Origin: Squalus acanthias
Taxonomy: Eukaryota
Reading direction: 5' to 3'
NCBI GenBank assembly: GCA_030390025.1
Contig: CM059431.1
Location: 98,582,001-98,646,000 of the forward strand
DNA length: 64,000 bases
Position numbers and translations under genes: made by a program. Positions 49,670 to 61,752 of this stretch are shown in pieces; position 1 is the first letter of the stretch; every line of letters starts with the position of its first letter. The notes beneath the pieces were generated by a model that saw only the letters and a list, made by a program, of their open reading frames with translations, was not told the DNA's origin and searched no databases.

Positions 49670-50070
49670 GTTGTAGAGGTTCTGTTACTGGACTAATAAT
49701 CCAGAGAACGTGAGCTCGAATCCCACCAGGGCAGTGCGAGAATTTGAATTCAGTTAAAATAATCTGGAAATAAAAAGCTGGCATCAGTAAAAGTGACCAC
49801 GAAGCTGTCGGATTGTCGTAAAAACCCAACTGGTTCACTGACGTCCTTTAGGGAAGGAAACCTGCCGTCCTTACCCGGTCTGGGCCTATATGTGACTCCA
49901 GTCCCACACCAAGGTGGTTGACTCTTAACTGCCCTCTGAAGTGGCCCAGCGAGTCACTCAGTTGTATCAAAAAGAAGGCCCATCATCACCTTCTCAGAGC
50001 AACGAGGAATGGCCAATAAATGCCGGCCTTGCCAACGACGCCCACATCCCGAGAATGAATCAAAAAAGTA
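49670..50070 (+). mobile_element. Second tRNA-like SINE family; others at ~7665-7960, 23830-24190, 38915-39170, 43075-43410, 44970-45330, 53475-53850 and 59545-60020
   Basis: Dispersed ~400-bp repeat with B-box-like GTTCAAATCCCACC, core GGATTGTCGTAAAAACCCA and tail GGCAATAAATGC.GGCCTTGCCA. Confidence 0.75.
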
Positions 50071-50279
50071 TGATATGCACCATGGTATTCACACTTTTCT
50101 GTATATTTAAAGGTTATACATAAATATCATCACTTGACACTGAAATTGACTAGTCCAATAAAAACTTAATTAACCATGATGATGATGACAGCAGAAGAAA
50201 TAAAAACTGAGCACACGATATAAAGAAAAGTAAAGATGCTATATATGAATATGGGACAGTGCAGGGTTCAAAAACTCAC

Positions 50280-50353
50280 CCTTCCTTTAGTACGATGGGT
50301 TGCTCAATGCTCTTGTGGTCCCTTCTTCCAGATGAGGAGATTAAATCTAGGAA
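50280..50353 (-). CDS. RASA3: RASA3 exon ([25 protein letters not shown])
   Basis: GAP-PH linker; 74 nt, AAG acceptor, GTGAGT donor. Confidence 0.93.
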
Positions 50354-50817
50354 CTTCATACAAAGCACAAATGCAGCATTAACTGATGCGCAGTTATTTA
50401 TATAAAGTTCCCACAAACACCCTATCTTTCCGAGTGTGTTACCCTTATTTCATTGTGTCCTGTGTCACACACCAGCCGTAGCCCTGCGGAAACCCAGCGA
50501 TCTGCAGCCAGACCATCGCCATGACTAACTTCTGACTTTCACACGATTTAAGAAGTCTCCCCATCAAAAACTGCCTTAAAAATCAATCCTTAGTATCAGC
50601 GTCCTGTTGTTTGTTCTGTCCACTTTGTCAAGAAGCACAGGATAAGTTGACCAATGCTGGTTGTCACGGGTTAGTCAGAGTCAGTGCTTTCACTGGGTGC
50701 GTATTTCTCATTTGCAATCTCGGACAGAACTTCTAGCAATGCTCACAGGTCAAAGGGAGGTCAAAGGGAGACTGAGCAGATCCAGACTGGACCTAGATAA
50801 ACAATGGTTCTGAAGGA

Positions 50818-52170
50818 AACATAAACCCAAACCCAAACACAAACACAATCACAAACACAAACACAATCACAAACACAAACACAATCCCAAACAAACACAA
50901 ACCCAATCACAAACACAAACCCAATCACAAACACAAACACAATCCCAAACACAATCACAAACACAAACACAAACCCAAACACAATCACAAACACAATCAC
51001 AAACACAATCACAATCACAAACACAATCACAAACACAATCACAAACACAATCACAATCACAAACACAATCACAATCACAAACACAATCACAAACCCAAAC
51101 ACAAACCCAAACACAATCACAATCACAAACACAATCACAATCACAAACACAATCACAAACACAATCACAAACACAATCACAATCACAAACACAATCACAA
51201 ACACAATCACAATCACAAACACAAACACAATCACAAACACAATCACAATCACAAACACAATCACAAACACAATCACAAACACAATCACAATCACAAACAC
51301 AAACACAATCACAATCACAAACACAATCACAAACACAAACCCAAACACAATCACAAACACAATCACAAACACAATCACAATCACAAACACAATCACAATC
51401 ACAATCACAAACACAATCACAATCACAAACACAATCACAAACACAATCACAATCACAAACACAATCACAATCACAAACACAATCACAAACACAATCACAA
51501 TCACAAACACAAACCCAAACACAATCACAAACACAATCACAATCACAAACACAATCACAATCACAAACACAATCACAAACACAATCACAATCACAAACAC
51601 AATCACAAACACAATCACAATCACAAACACAAACCCAAACACAATCACAAACACAATCACAAACACAATCACAATCACAAACACAATCACAAACACAATC
51701 ACAAACACAATCACAAACACAATCACAAACACAAACACAATCACAAACACAATCACAAACACAAACCCAAACACAATCACAAACACAAACCCAAACACAA
51801 TCACAAACACAATCACAAACACAAACACAAACCCAAACACAAACACAATCACAATCACAAACACAAACCCAAACACAATCACAAACACAATCACAAACAC
51901 AATCACAATCACAAACATAAACACAAACAAACACAAACCCAATCCCAAACCCAAACAAACATAAACACAAACCCAATCCCAAACCCAAACAAACATAAAC
52001 ACAAACCCAATCCCAAACACAAACCCAATCCTAAACACAAACCCAACACAAACCCAAACAAACACAAACATAAACACAAACCCAATCCCAAACACAAACC
52101 CAAACCCAGCACAAACCCAAACAAACACAAACATAAACACAAACCCAATCCCAAACACAAACACAAACAA
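50818..52170. repeat. Compound hexamer microsatellite (ACAAAC/ACAATC/CCAAAC), ~1.35 kb
   Basis: 6-bp periodicity, almost no G on the plus strand. Confidence 0.96.
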
Positions 52171-52670
52171 TCCACAACAGCAGAAAACACGGCACAGTAA
52201 AACCAAAAATGGCTGCTCACTGCGGCAAAAATCGCTGTCTTTTAGCCACAGGGAAGAACATGTGGATGCGACTAAAAAGAAAAACTTGCTTTTCTACAGT
52301 GCCTTTCACGATCTCAGGGCGTCTCAAAATGCTTTACAGCCAATGAAGTACTTTTGAAGTGTAATCACTGTTGCAATGTTGCAGCAGCCCATTTGCGCAC
52401 AGCAAGCTCCCACAAACAGCAATGAGATACATGATCAGGTAATCTGTTGGTTGAGGGATAAATATTGGCCAGGACACCGGGAAGAACTCCCCTGAACGTT
52501 TCTTCGAAATAGCGCCATGGGATCTTTTACATCCACCTGAGCGGACAGACGGGGCCTCGGTTTAACGTCTCATCCATAAACTCTTCACGGTGTCTCTGTG
52601 AATCCTCGCTATACCCACCGCACGGGGAAAATATGAATGAAGGAATGTTCATCAACAAAAGGACACTTAC

Positions 52671-52748
52671 ATTTCTTACAGCATCTGTGTATTTCTGCTC
52701 ATTAAAGTGCTCGTAGAATGTGGCCATGTAGGACTCCTTGAAACTTGC
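52671..52748 (-). CDS. RASA3: RASA3 exon ([26 protein letters not shown])
   Basis: FKESYM motif; 78 nt, TAG/GTAAGT. Confidence 0.95.
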
Positions 52749-53944
52749 CTAGTGATAAAGAACAAACAGTAAATGATTTTAGCTACTCCTGAAAATGGGA
52801 AAACAAGTGAGCAGCATTGAATTATTTATTAACATTTCACTGCTAATTACCAGATGGGAGCTGCTGTATTCCATAAGGGGAGTCCTTTTATCGGCAGCTG
52901 TTCAGCAACAGAACTCCTTCCTGGATGGTCATGCAGTCCCGTAAACCTCTGCCTTGTTCCCATATAGAATAGACGCAATAATACGGGCTGACTTTACTAT
53001 TACTTGTAAATTGGACTTTACTTAGCAGTTTTTATTTAAGTCACCACACACTGGGTCATCAAGGGGGATTTGCCAAAAGCAGATTCTGCGATCATCTTTT
53101 CAATATTTTAAATTGAGAAACTGCATCAAATATTTTAGGGAGGATCCTACGGACTCGGCTGTGAGTGCGGAGCTTTTTGCGTGTTGAGAATTTGGTTGCA
53201 GAGGTCAGCAGATCCCCCGCCCCCCCCCCACCCCCCCACAGGAGTCTCAAATGCACAGACAGAATATCCCAGGGGCTGCAGTGACCTCTGCGCAAACCGT
53301 CAGCGATTGTTGGCATCGGCAACCCAAATTTGTGAAATCTACTGGGAACATTTCAGTTTGTTTCAAGGAATCAAGGCAAACTGTGAAGCATATAGAGTAA
53401 ATTCAGTGAGCCCCAGCTCCCAGAGGGACAGTCCGATAGATCGGGTAGCTCTCTCTTTATTTTATTTTAATTAATTCTCGGGATGTGGGCGTCGCTGGCA
53501 AGGCTAGCATTTATTGCCCATCCCTAGTTTCCCTGAGAAGGTGGTAGAGGTGCTCCCACAATGTTTATTCTTTGTAGCGCTATTGATACAACTGAGTGAC
53601 TCGCTGGGCCACTTCAGAGGGCAGTTAAGAGTTAACCACCTTGGTGTGGGACTGGAGTCACATATAGGCCCAGACCGGGTAAGGACGGCAGGTTTCCTTC
53701 CCTAAAGGACATTAGTGAACCAGATGGGTTTTTACAACAATCCAACAGTTTCATGGTCAGTTTTATTGACACCAGCTATTTATTTCTAGATTTTTTTCTT
53801 AAATTGAAATCAAATTCTCAAATTGCCACGGTGGGATTTGAACTAATGTTAAGAACATAAGAAATAGGAGCAGGAGTCGGCCATTCAGCCCCTAAAGCCT
53901 GCTCCACCATTCACTAAGATCATGGCTGATCTTCTTCCTCATCT

Positions 53945-54975
53945 GTGACTGGAAGCCTGTGTCCAGTGGTGTACCGCAGGGATCGGTGCTGGGTCCTTTG
54001 CTGTTTGTAGTGTACATTCATGATTTAGATATGAATGTAGGAGGTATGATCAGTAAGTTCGCAGATGACACAAAAATTGGTGGAGTGGTAAATAGCGAGG
54101 AGGGAAGCCTCAGGCTACAGGACGATATAGACGGGTTGGTTAGATGGGCAGAACAGTGGCAAATGGAATTTAACCCTGAAAAGTGTGAGGTGATGCATTT
54201 TGGGAGGACTAACAAGGCAAGGGAATACCCAATGAATGGTAGGACCCTAGGAAGGACAGAGGATCAGAGGGACCTTGGTGTGCATGTACATAGATCCCTG
54301 AAGGCAGCAGGACAGGTAGATAAGGTGGTTAAAAAGGCATATGGGATACTTGCCTTCATTAGCCAAGGCATAGAATATAAGAGCAGAGAGGTTATGCTGG
54401 AGCTGTACAAAATGCTAGTTAGGCCACAGCTGGAATACTGTGTGCAGTTCTGGTCGCCACACTATAGGAAGGATGTGATTGCATTGGAGAGGGTGCAGAG
54501 GAGATTCACCAGGATGTTACCTGGGCTGGAGCGCTTCAGCTATGAAGAGAGACTGGACAAGCTGGGGTTGTTTTCCTTAGAGCAGAGAAGGCTGAGGTGG
54601 GACCTGATTGAGGTGTACCAAATTATGAGGGGCATAGATAGAGTAGATAGAGGGGAACTTTTCCCCTTGGTGGAGGGGTCAATAACCAGGGGGCATAGTT
54701 TCAAGGTAAGGGGCAGGAGGTTTAGAGGGGATTTGAGGAAAAACTTTTTCACCCAGAGGGTGGTTGGAATCTGGAACTCACTGCCTGAAAGGGTGGTAGA
54801 GGCAGGAACCCTCACAACATTCAAGAAGCATTGAGATGAGCACTTGAAACGCCATAGCATACAAGGCTACGGACCAAGTGCTGGAAAATGGGATTAGAAT
54901 AGATGGGGCTTGATGGCCGGCGCGGACACGATGGGCCGAAGGGCCTCTTTCTGTGCTGTATAACTCTATGACTCT
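53945..54975 (+). mobile_element. CR1-clade LINE 3' fragment with an open RT C-terminal frame
   Basis: GVPQGSVLGP and FADD motifs in ORF 53959-54834; (ACTCTATG)-type tail. Confidence 0.93.
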
Positions 54976-55724
54976 ATCTCCACTTTCCCACCCGATCCCC
55001 ATATCCCTTGATTCCCTTAAAATTCAAAAATCTATCGATCTCTGTCTTGAATATACTCATGATGTGGAGATGCCGGCGTTGGACTGGGGTGGACAAAAAT
55101 GAGAAGTCGCACAACACTTAAATTAAATAAATCTGTTGGACTATAACCTGGTGTTGTGCGACTTCTCATTTTTGAATATACTCAACAACTGAGCCTCCAC
55201 AGCCCTCTGGGGTAGAGAATTCCAAATATTCACCACCCTCTGAGTGAAGAAATTCCTCCTCATCTCAGTCCTAAATGGCCGACCCCCTTATTCTGAGACT
55301 GTGACCCCTAGTTTTAGTTGCCCCAATGAGAGGAAACAACCTCCCAGCATCTACCCTGTCAAACCCCTTAAGAATTTTGTATGTTTCAATGAGATCACCT
55401 CTCATTCTTCTAAACTCAAGAGAATATAGGCCTAGTCTACTCAATCTCTCCTCATTGGACAATTCCCCCATCCCAGGAATCAGTCTGGTGAACCTTTGTT
55501 GCTCTCCCTCTAAGGCAAGTATGTCCTTCTCTGTTCTCTGGATTACTATTCCAGTAACACAACCAGTACACCACCGTATATTCCTTCTACTGACCTGCAC
55601 TCCCACCAAGCTTGGCTCCCTTGGCGAGCATGGGATTGGTGATTTGCCTTACTGAGGGTATTGTACTGTTAAAAACGGTCTATTCTCTCATTAGAAGGCA
55701 GAGTAAATAAATCAGAGGACTTAC

Positions 55725-55802
55725 AGACTTGGATTTGGATAAGCTGCCCAAAGTCTGGATGGTCTTGGACACAAGGGTCAGAGTCCGTGCTGTTAATGGG
55801 TC
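55725..55802 (-). CDS. RASA3: RASA3 exon ([26 protein letters not shown])
   Basis: RTLTLxSKTxQTLG motif; 78 nt, TAG/GTAAGT. Confidence 0.95.
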
Positions 55803-56224
55803 CTAAAGGAAAAGAAGAAATGATTAAGAGTTCCTGATCAACATTTCCAACAGGCAGCAAGCCAGAGGAGCAATAACGCTTTATAAATGCAAGTCTTCTA
55901 ATGAGAAGGGGCAAAGACTTTTGTGTTCATTATTTTGGTGTCATCAGCTTCCCTCTGATGTTTCTACATTTGAAATCCATTTCATAGGAATCGCTGGATG
56001 ATAAAAGACCCAGGGTTCATCTACCATCCTGGTAGTCGCCTGATCCAACGATAATGGAGTTGTTGACTAATCACAGCGATCAATCTCTATCAATGAGTCT
56101 GCAACAGACCCAGACACGAGGCGAGGAAAACCCCCAGTGGTGGAGAGCTTTGGGAACCAGAGGTCCAAAGTCACCTGTTCCTCCCGAGATCGCTACATTC
56201 ACCACCAGTGTGAACAAATCCATC

Positions 56225-56620
56225 TAATCAGATGTTGGTTGAATGTAGGTAAGGTATGAAACGTGGCAGCCAATTTGCACACAGCAAGGTCCCATAAATT
56301 ACAATGAGATAAATGACCAGATTATCTGTTTTAATGATGGTGGTTGAGGGATAAATATTGGCCAGGACACTGGGGAGAACTCCCCTGCTCTTCTTCGAAA
56401 TAGTGGCCATGGGATCTTTTATGTCTACCTGAGAGAGCAGACGGGGCCTCGGTTTAACGTCTCATCCAAAAGACGGCACCTCCGACAGTGCAGCGCTCCC
56501 TCAGCACTGCACTGGGGGTGTCGGGCTAGATTATGGGGCTCAAATCTCTGGAGTGGGATTTGAATCAACGACCTTCTGACTCCGAGGCGAGAGTGCTGCC
56601 CACTGAGCCACAGCTGACAC
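56225..56620 (-). mobile_element. tRNA-headed Deu-domain SINE (SacSINE1-like), unexpanded copy; others at ~258-518, 3110-3390, 7105-7310, 21340-21750 and 52280-52575
   Basis: A box TGGCTCAGTGG, B-box-like TTCAAATCC, then GCCGTCTTT.GGATGAGACGTTAAACCGAGG core recognised as the Deu domain. Confidence 0.75.
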
Positions 56621-56968
56621 CTTGAGTTAACGGAATATGGAATGCCTTGTCACAAGTAGTGATCGATACTCAATCATTTAAAAAATGGTACTGGATAATC
56701 ACTGAATGAATATAAAAAGGGTTTTAAAAAAATACAGTGAGCTTGGGGGCTAATGCGGCTGTGTAATCTCAGTACTGAGAGGGACCTACGTTCCACACAG
56801 GCTGAAGGGGCTTCTCCTGTGATGCTAACATTTCTTTCTCGCTGTTTGTTTGCCCTTCTGTACTCGACCTCACTGGGTTTTCGAGAATGAGTCCTGACTA
56901 TTGCAATAGTTCAGCTCCTGAATGTGTTTGTTCTGCACGGAGTGACAAAGTCCACATTCTGTACTTAC

Positions 56969-57075
56969 CGGATGGTGAGGGTGAAGTTGGAACAGATTAG
57001 GTGAAAGAATGGCTGGAGCAAAGAATCGCAGGAAGATAAAACTGCTTACAGCAGTGTACCGCACATCAGCATCAC
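56969..57075 (-). CDS. RASA3: RASA3 exon with RasGAP FLR signature ([35 protein letters not shown])
   Basis: [12 protein letters not shown] signature; 107 nt, TAG/GTAAGT. Confidence 0.96.
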
Positions 57076-57849
57076 CTAGAAAAACAACACAGGTTCCAGA
57101 TTAATATCTCAACTCCTCAGATAATTATGCTTGGACTTACATAAGAGGCTTAAGGTACAAGAAATCAGCATTTGAACCGCAGTGTTATATCTGATAATGC
57201 AACACTACAGCCTCGCACATTACAAACTATCACTCGTACAACACAACAGCAAAGATCACCTTATCACATCTCGCAGGACATCCCAAAACCATTCATATCT
57301 GAGATCGTCCAATTCTGGCCTTTTGTCCATCCCCGATTTTCATCGCTCCACCATTGGCGGCCATGCCTTCAGCTGCCGAGGCTCTAAGCTCTGGAATTCC
57401 CTCCCTAAACCTCTCCGTCTCTCTACCTCTCTCTCTCCTCCTTTAAGACGCCCCTTAAAACCTACCTCTTTGACCTGTCCTAACATCTCCTTATGTGGCT
57501 AGGTGTCAAAGTTTATTTGATAATCGCTCCTGAGAAGCGCCTTGGGATGTTTTACGATGTTAATGGCGCTATATAAATGCAAGGTGTTGTTGTTCATGTT
57601 TAATTCATCATTTTCTGGAGTGCAGTCGCTGATCTGTGAGTAAATGCATAAAGGAAACAGCAAACTAGTCACCAGCTAATCTGCTCTTAGGAGGTGTTGG
57701 TTGAGGGAAGAAGGTTGGCTAGGACACTGGGTGAGATCCCTTCAAACGGTGCTGAGGGATCCTTTACATCTGCTTGAACTACCGGGACAGACAGGATGCG
57801 ATTATGTGCAGGAAAGGGAGACTATAAAATAGTCCTATACACCTTTAAT

Positions 57850-58640
57850 TACAGAGAATTACATCGAATGTACAGCACAGAAACAGGCCATCTGGCCCAA
57901 CTGGTCCATTTCTGCTCCACACCAGCCTCCTCCCACCCCTCTTCATCTCACCCTATCAGCATATCCTTCTATTCCTTTCTCCCTCACGTGTTTATCCAGC
58001 TTCCCCTTAAATGTATCTCTGCTATTCGCCTCAACCACTCCCTGTGGTAGCGAGTTCCACATTCTCACCACTCTCTGGGTAAAGAAGTTTCTCCTGAATT
58101 CCCTATTGGATTTACTAGTGATTGTCTTATATTGATGGCCCCTAGCTTTGGTCTCCCCCACAAGTGGAAACATCTTCTCTACGTCTACCCTATCGAACCC
58201 CTTCGTAATTTTAAAGATCTCTATCAGGTCACCCCTCAGCCTTCTCTTTTCTAGAGAAGAGCTCCAGCCTGTTCAGTCTTTCCTGATAGTTATAACCTCT
58301 AAGTTCTGGTATCATCCTAGTAAATCTTTTCTGCACCTTCTCCAGTGCCTCTATATCCCATTTATAATATGGAGACCAGAACTGTGCACAGTGCTCCAAG
58401 TGTGGTCTAACCAAGGTATATGGAGACCAGAACTGTGCACAGTGCTCCAAGTGTGGTCTAACCAACATATATGGAGACCAGAACTGTGCACAGTGCTCCA
58501 AGTGTGGTCTATCCAAGGTATATGGAGACCAGAACTGAGCACAGTGCTCCAAGTGTGGTCTAACCAAGGTATATGGAGACCAGAACTGAGCACAGTGCTC
58601 CAAGTGTGGTCTAACCAAGGATCGATACAAGTTTAACATA
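57850..58640 (-). mobile_element. CR1 3' fragment containing a 51-bp tandem expansion
   Basis: ORFs 57943-58173 and 58229-58876. Confidence 0.88.
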
Positions 58641-58686
58641 ACCTCTCTTAACGATCTGCTTGAGTCGCGAGGATATCGCGCCTTAC

Positions 58687-58810
58687 CTTGGAATCTCTTG
58701 GCAGCAGATTCTCGGAGTGAGAAGAAAATGTCACACATAACCGTGGGGCAACTCATGCCCGATTTCGTGATGACGTTGAAAATTCTTTCAACATATTGCC
58801 TGAGGTTGTC
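58687..58810 (-). CDS. RASA3: RASA3 exon ([41 protein letters not shown])
   Basis: Close match to vertebrate RASA3; 124 nt, CAG/GTAAG. Confidence 0.95.
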
Positions 58811-60092
58811 CTGAAATAAAATAGAACAGTGGTAATCGTATTTTGCATGCACGCGCTTGGAACAGTTGGTCGACACAGTAACAGCACGGGATATATTTAC
58901 AGAGACTCTTCTCCCTGGAGTATAGAAGATTAAGGGGTGATCTAATCGAGGTGTTTAAGGTGATTAAAGGAGTTGATAGGGTAGAGAGAGAGAAACTATT
59001 TCCTCTGGTGGGGGGAGTCCAGAACAAGGGGGCAGAACCTTAAAATTAGAGCCAGGCCGTTCAGGGGTGATGTCAGGAAGCACTTCTTCACACAAAGGGT
59101 GGTGGAAATCTGGAACTCTCTCCCACAAAAGCTGTCGAGGCTGGGGGTCAATTGAAAATTTCAAAACTGAGATTGATAGATTTTTGTTGGGTAAGGGTAT
59201 TAAGGGTTACGGAACCAAGGCGGGTAAATGGAGTTAAGATACAGATCAGCCACGATCTAATTGAAGGGTGGAAGAGGTTCGAGGGGCTGAATGGCCTCCT
59301 CCTGTTCCTACGAGTCTCACAGGACAGGAACGTGAATCGGAGGATGAGGCGCGGAGGTCGGTGTTCCTGATTTGTGACGGTCCCGAATTTCAGCCCATTG
59401 AAATCGATGTAAAAGGGAAAAGAGCAAAATCACGCTCAGTGCCCGATGCTCTGATCCTCGCACAGCTGGACTCTCACCAGAAGTGGAGGCTCCAAAAATT
59501 CCCCTGCACATTTACATCACACTGGAGAAGCATTGACTTAAAAAAAAATAATTCTCGGGATGTGGGCGTCGCTGGCAAGGCCGGCATTTATTGCCCGTCC
59601 CCAGCTGCCCTGAGAAGGTGGTGGTGAGCCTTCTCCTTGAGCCACTGCAGTCCGTGTGGTGAAGGGGCTCCCACAGTGGTCAATCTTTGTCGCGGTTTGA
59701 TACAACTTGTGAGGCCACTTCAGAGGGCAGTCAAGGGTCAACCGTGTTGGTGTGGGACTGGAGTCACCTATAGGCCCAGACCAGGGTAAGGACGGCAGGT
59801 TTCCTTCCCTAAAGGAGATTGGTGAACCAGTTGGGCTTCTACGACAATCCGACAGCTTCACGGTCACTTTTACGGAGACCAGCTTTTTATTTCCAGAATA
59901 ATTTTTTTATAAACTGGATTCAGATTCTCAAAATGCCGTGGTGGGATTTGAACCCACGCTGTCTGGATTATTAGTCCAGGCCTGTAGAGTACTAGTCCAG
60001 TAACATAACCACTGCACCACCTGAACTTCAGACACTGAACCTTATTAGACAGAAATCACAGACTGTCGATTACTAATGCCAAAGATTCTCAC

Positions 60093-60167
60093 CATATTAG
60101 ACTCCAGGTTCTCACCGTCCTTCAGTTTAACAGGGTCAATTTCACAGGGTTTGTGTACTTCACAGAT
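60093..60167 (-). CDS. RASA3: RASA3 exon ([25 protein letters not shown])
   Basis: CEIDP motif; 75 nt, CAG/GTGAG. Confidence 0.95.
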
Positions 60168-60619
60168 CTGTGAAATAGAAGCCAAAAGATGGTTTAGGAA
60201 TCAGCTGTCCTAATATCTGTCAATCATCTTAAATAATGCAAACAAGTTTTGTACAATCCTTATACAACACACCATTTGGAGGCATCCCATTGGAAACCAT
60301 TCATAAACTCCGACTAAAGCAAGAGTGAAAAGGAAGATCTTGCATTTCTGCAGCACCTTTAATGAACTCAGGTCGTCCCAAAGCGGTTTACAGCCAATGA
60401 AGTGCTTTTTGAAGTGTAGTCACTATTGTAATGTAAACGCAGCAGCCAAATTGCACACAAACAACAATGTTTTATTTTAGTGATGTTGGTTGAGGGATAA
60501 ATATTGGCCAGGACACGAGGAATAACTCCCTTGCTCTTCTTCGAAATAGTGCTGTGGGATCTTTTACATCCACCCAAGAGGACAGACAGGACCTCGGTTT
60601 GACATCGTATGCGAAAGAC

Positions 60620-61367
60620 GGCCCCTCCGACAGTGCGGCACTCCCTCAGTACTGCCCCTCTGACAGTGTGGCGCTCCCTCAGTACTGCCCCTCTGACAGT
60701 GTGGCGCTCCCTCAGTACTGCTCCTCCGATGGTGCAGCTCTCCCTCAGTACTGCCCCTCCTACAGTGCAGCGCTCCCTCAGTACTGCCTCTCCGACAGTG
60801 CAGCACTCCCTCAGTACTGCCCCTCCGACAGTGCGGCGCTCCCTCAGTACTCCCCCTCCGACAGTGCAGCACTCCCTCAGTACTGCCCCTCCGACAGTGC
60901 AGCGCTCCTTCAGTACTGCCCCTCCGACAGTGCAGCGCTCCCTCAGTACTGCCCCTCCGACAGTGCAGCGCTCCCTCAGTACTGCCCCTCCGACAGTGCA
61001 GCGCTCCCTCAGTACTGCCTCTCCGACAGTGCAGCACTCCCTCAGTACTGCCCCTCCGACAGTGCGGCGCTCTCTCAGTACTCCCCCTCCGACAGTGCAG
61101 CACTCCCTCAGTACTGCCCCTCCGACAGTGCAGCGCTCCTTCAGTACTGCCCCTCCGACAGTGCAGCGCTCCCTCAGTACTGCCCCTCCGACAGTGCAGC
61201 GCTCCCTCAGTACTGCCCCTCCGACAGTGCAGCGCTCCCTCAGTACTGCCCCTCCGACAGTGCAGCGCTCCCTCAGTACTGCCCCTCCGACAGTGCAGCG
61301 CTCCCTCAGTACTGCCCCTCCGACAGTGCAGCGCTCCCTCAGTACTGCCCCTCCGACAGTGCGGCAC
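60620..61367. repeat. Same 33-bp minisatellite, ~22 copies, inside a Deu-SINE
   Basis: Direct tandem repeats. Confidence 0.95.
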
Positions 61368-61752
61368 TAAAGTGTCAGCCTAACTTTTTGCGCTCAAGTC
61401 CCTGGAGTGGGATTTGAACCCTCAACCTTCTGTTTGGGAGGCGAGGGTGCGACCCACTGTGTGAGTGTGTAGGGGTGAATGTGTGAATGCTTTTGCAGCA
61501 CAATTGGAAACCATTCTGCAAATGGTGAATCCTAAAGAACGCTGTCCTTTCGAGCCCCGTCCGATTCACTGCAAACTTCTTTTATATCAGATTCACGTGC
61601 AGATTTAAATTAAGAATTCCAAAGGGTTCACCCATCCCCTCACAGGTACTGATTCTCTCTCCCGATACTGACTGACCTGTCGCATGCTTCCAGCATTTGC
61701 TGATCCAGTTCAAAACTGGCAACTGCCTCTCGGGCCAGCAGCTACTGAATAT

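Noticed and set aside
50761..52206. 481-aa hydrophobic and 373-aa Cys-rich ORFs
   Set aside because: Hexamer microsatellite lacking stop codons.
55669..55914. ORF-track peptide overlapping a RASA3 exon
   Set aside because: Wrong frame; the real exon (55725-55802) reads [14 protein letters not shown].
56540..56620. tRNA gene
   Set aside because: A/B boxes belong to a SINE head continuous with the SINE body; no convincing cloverleaf.
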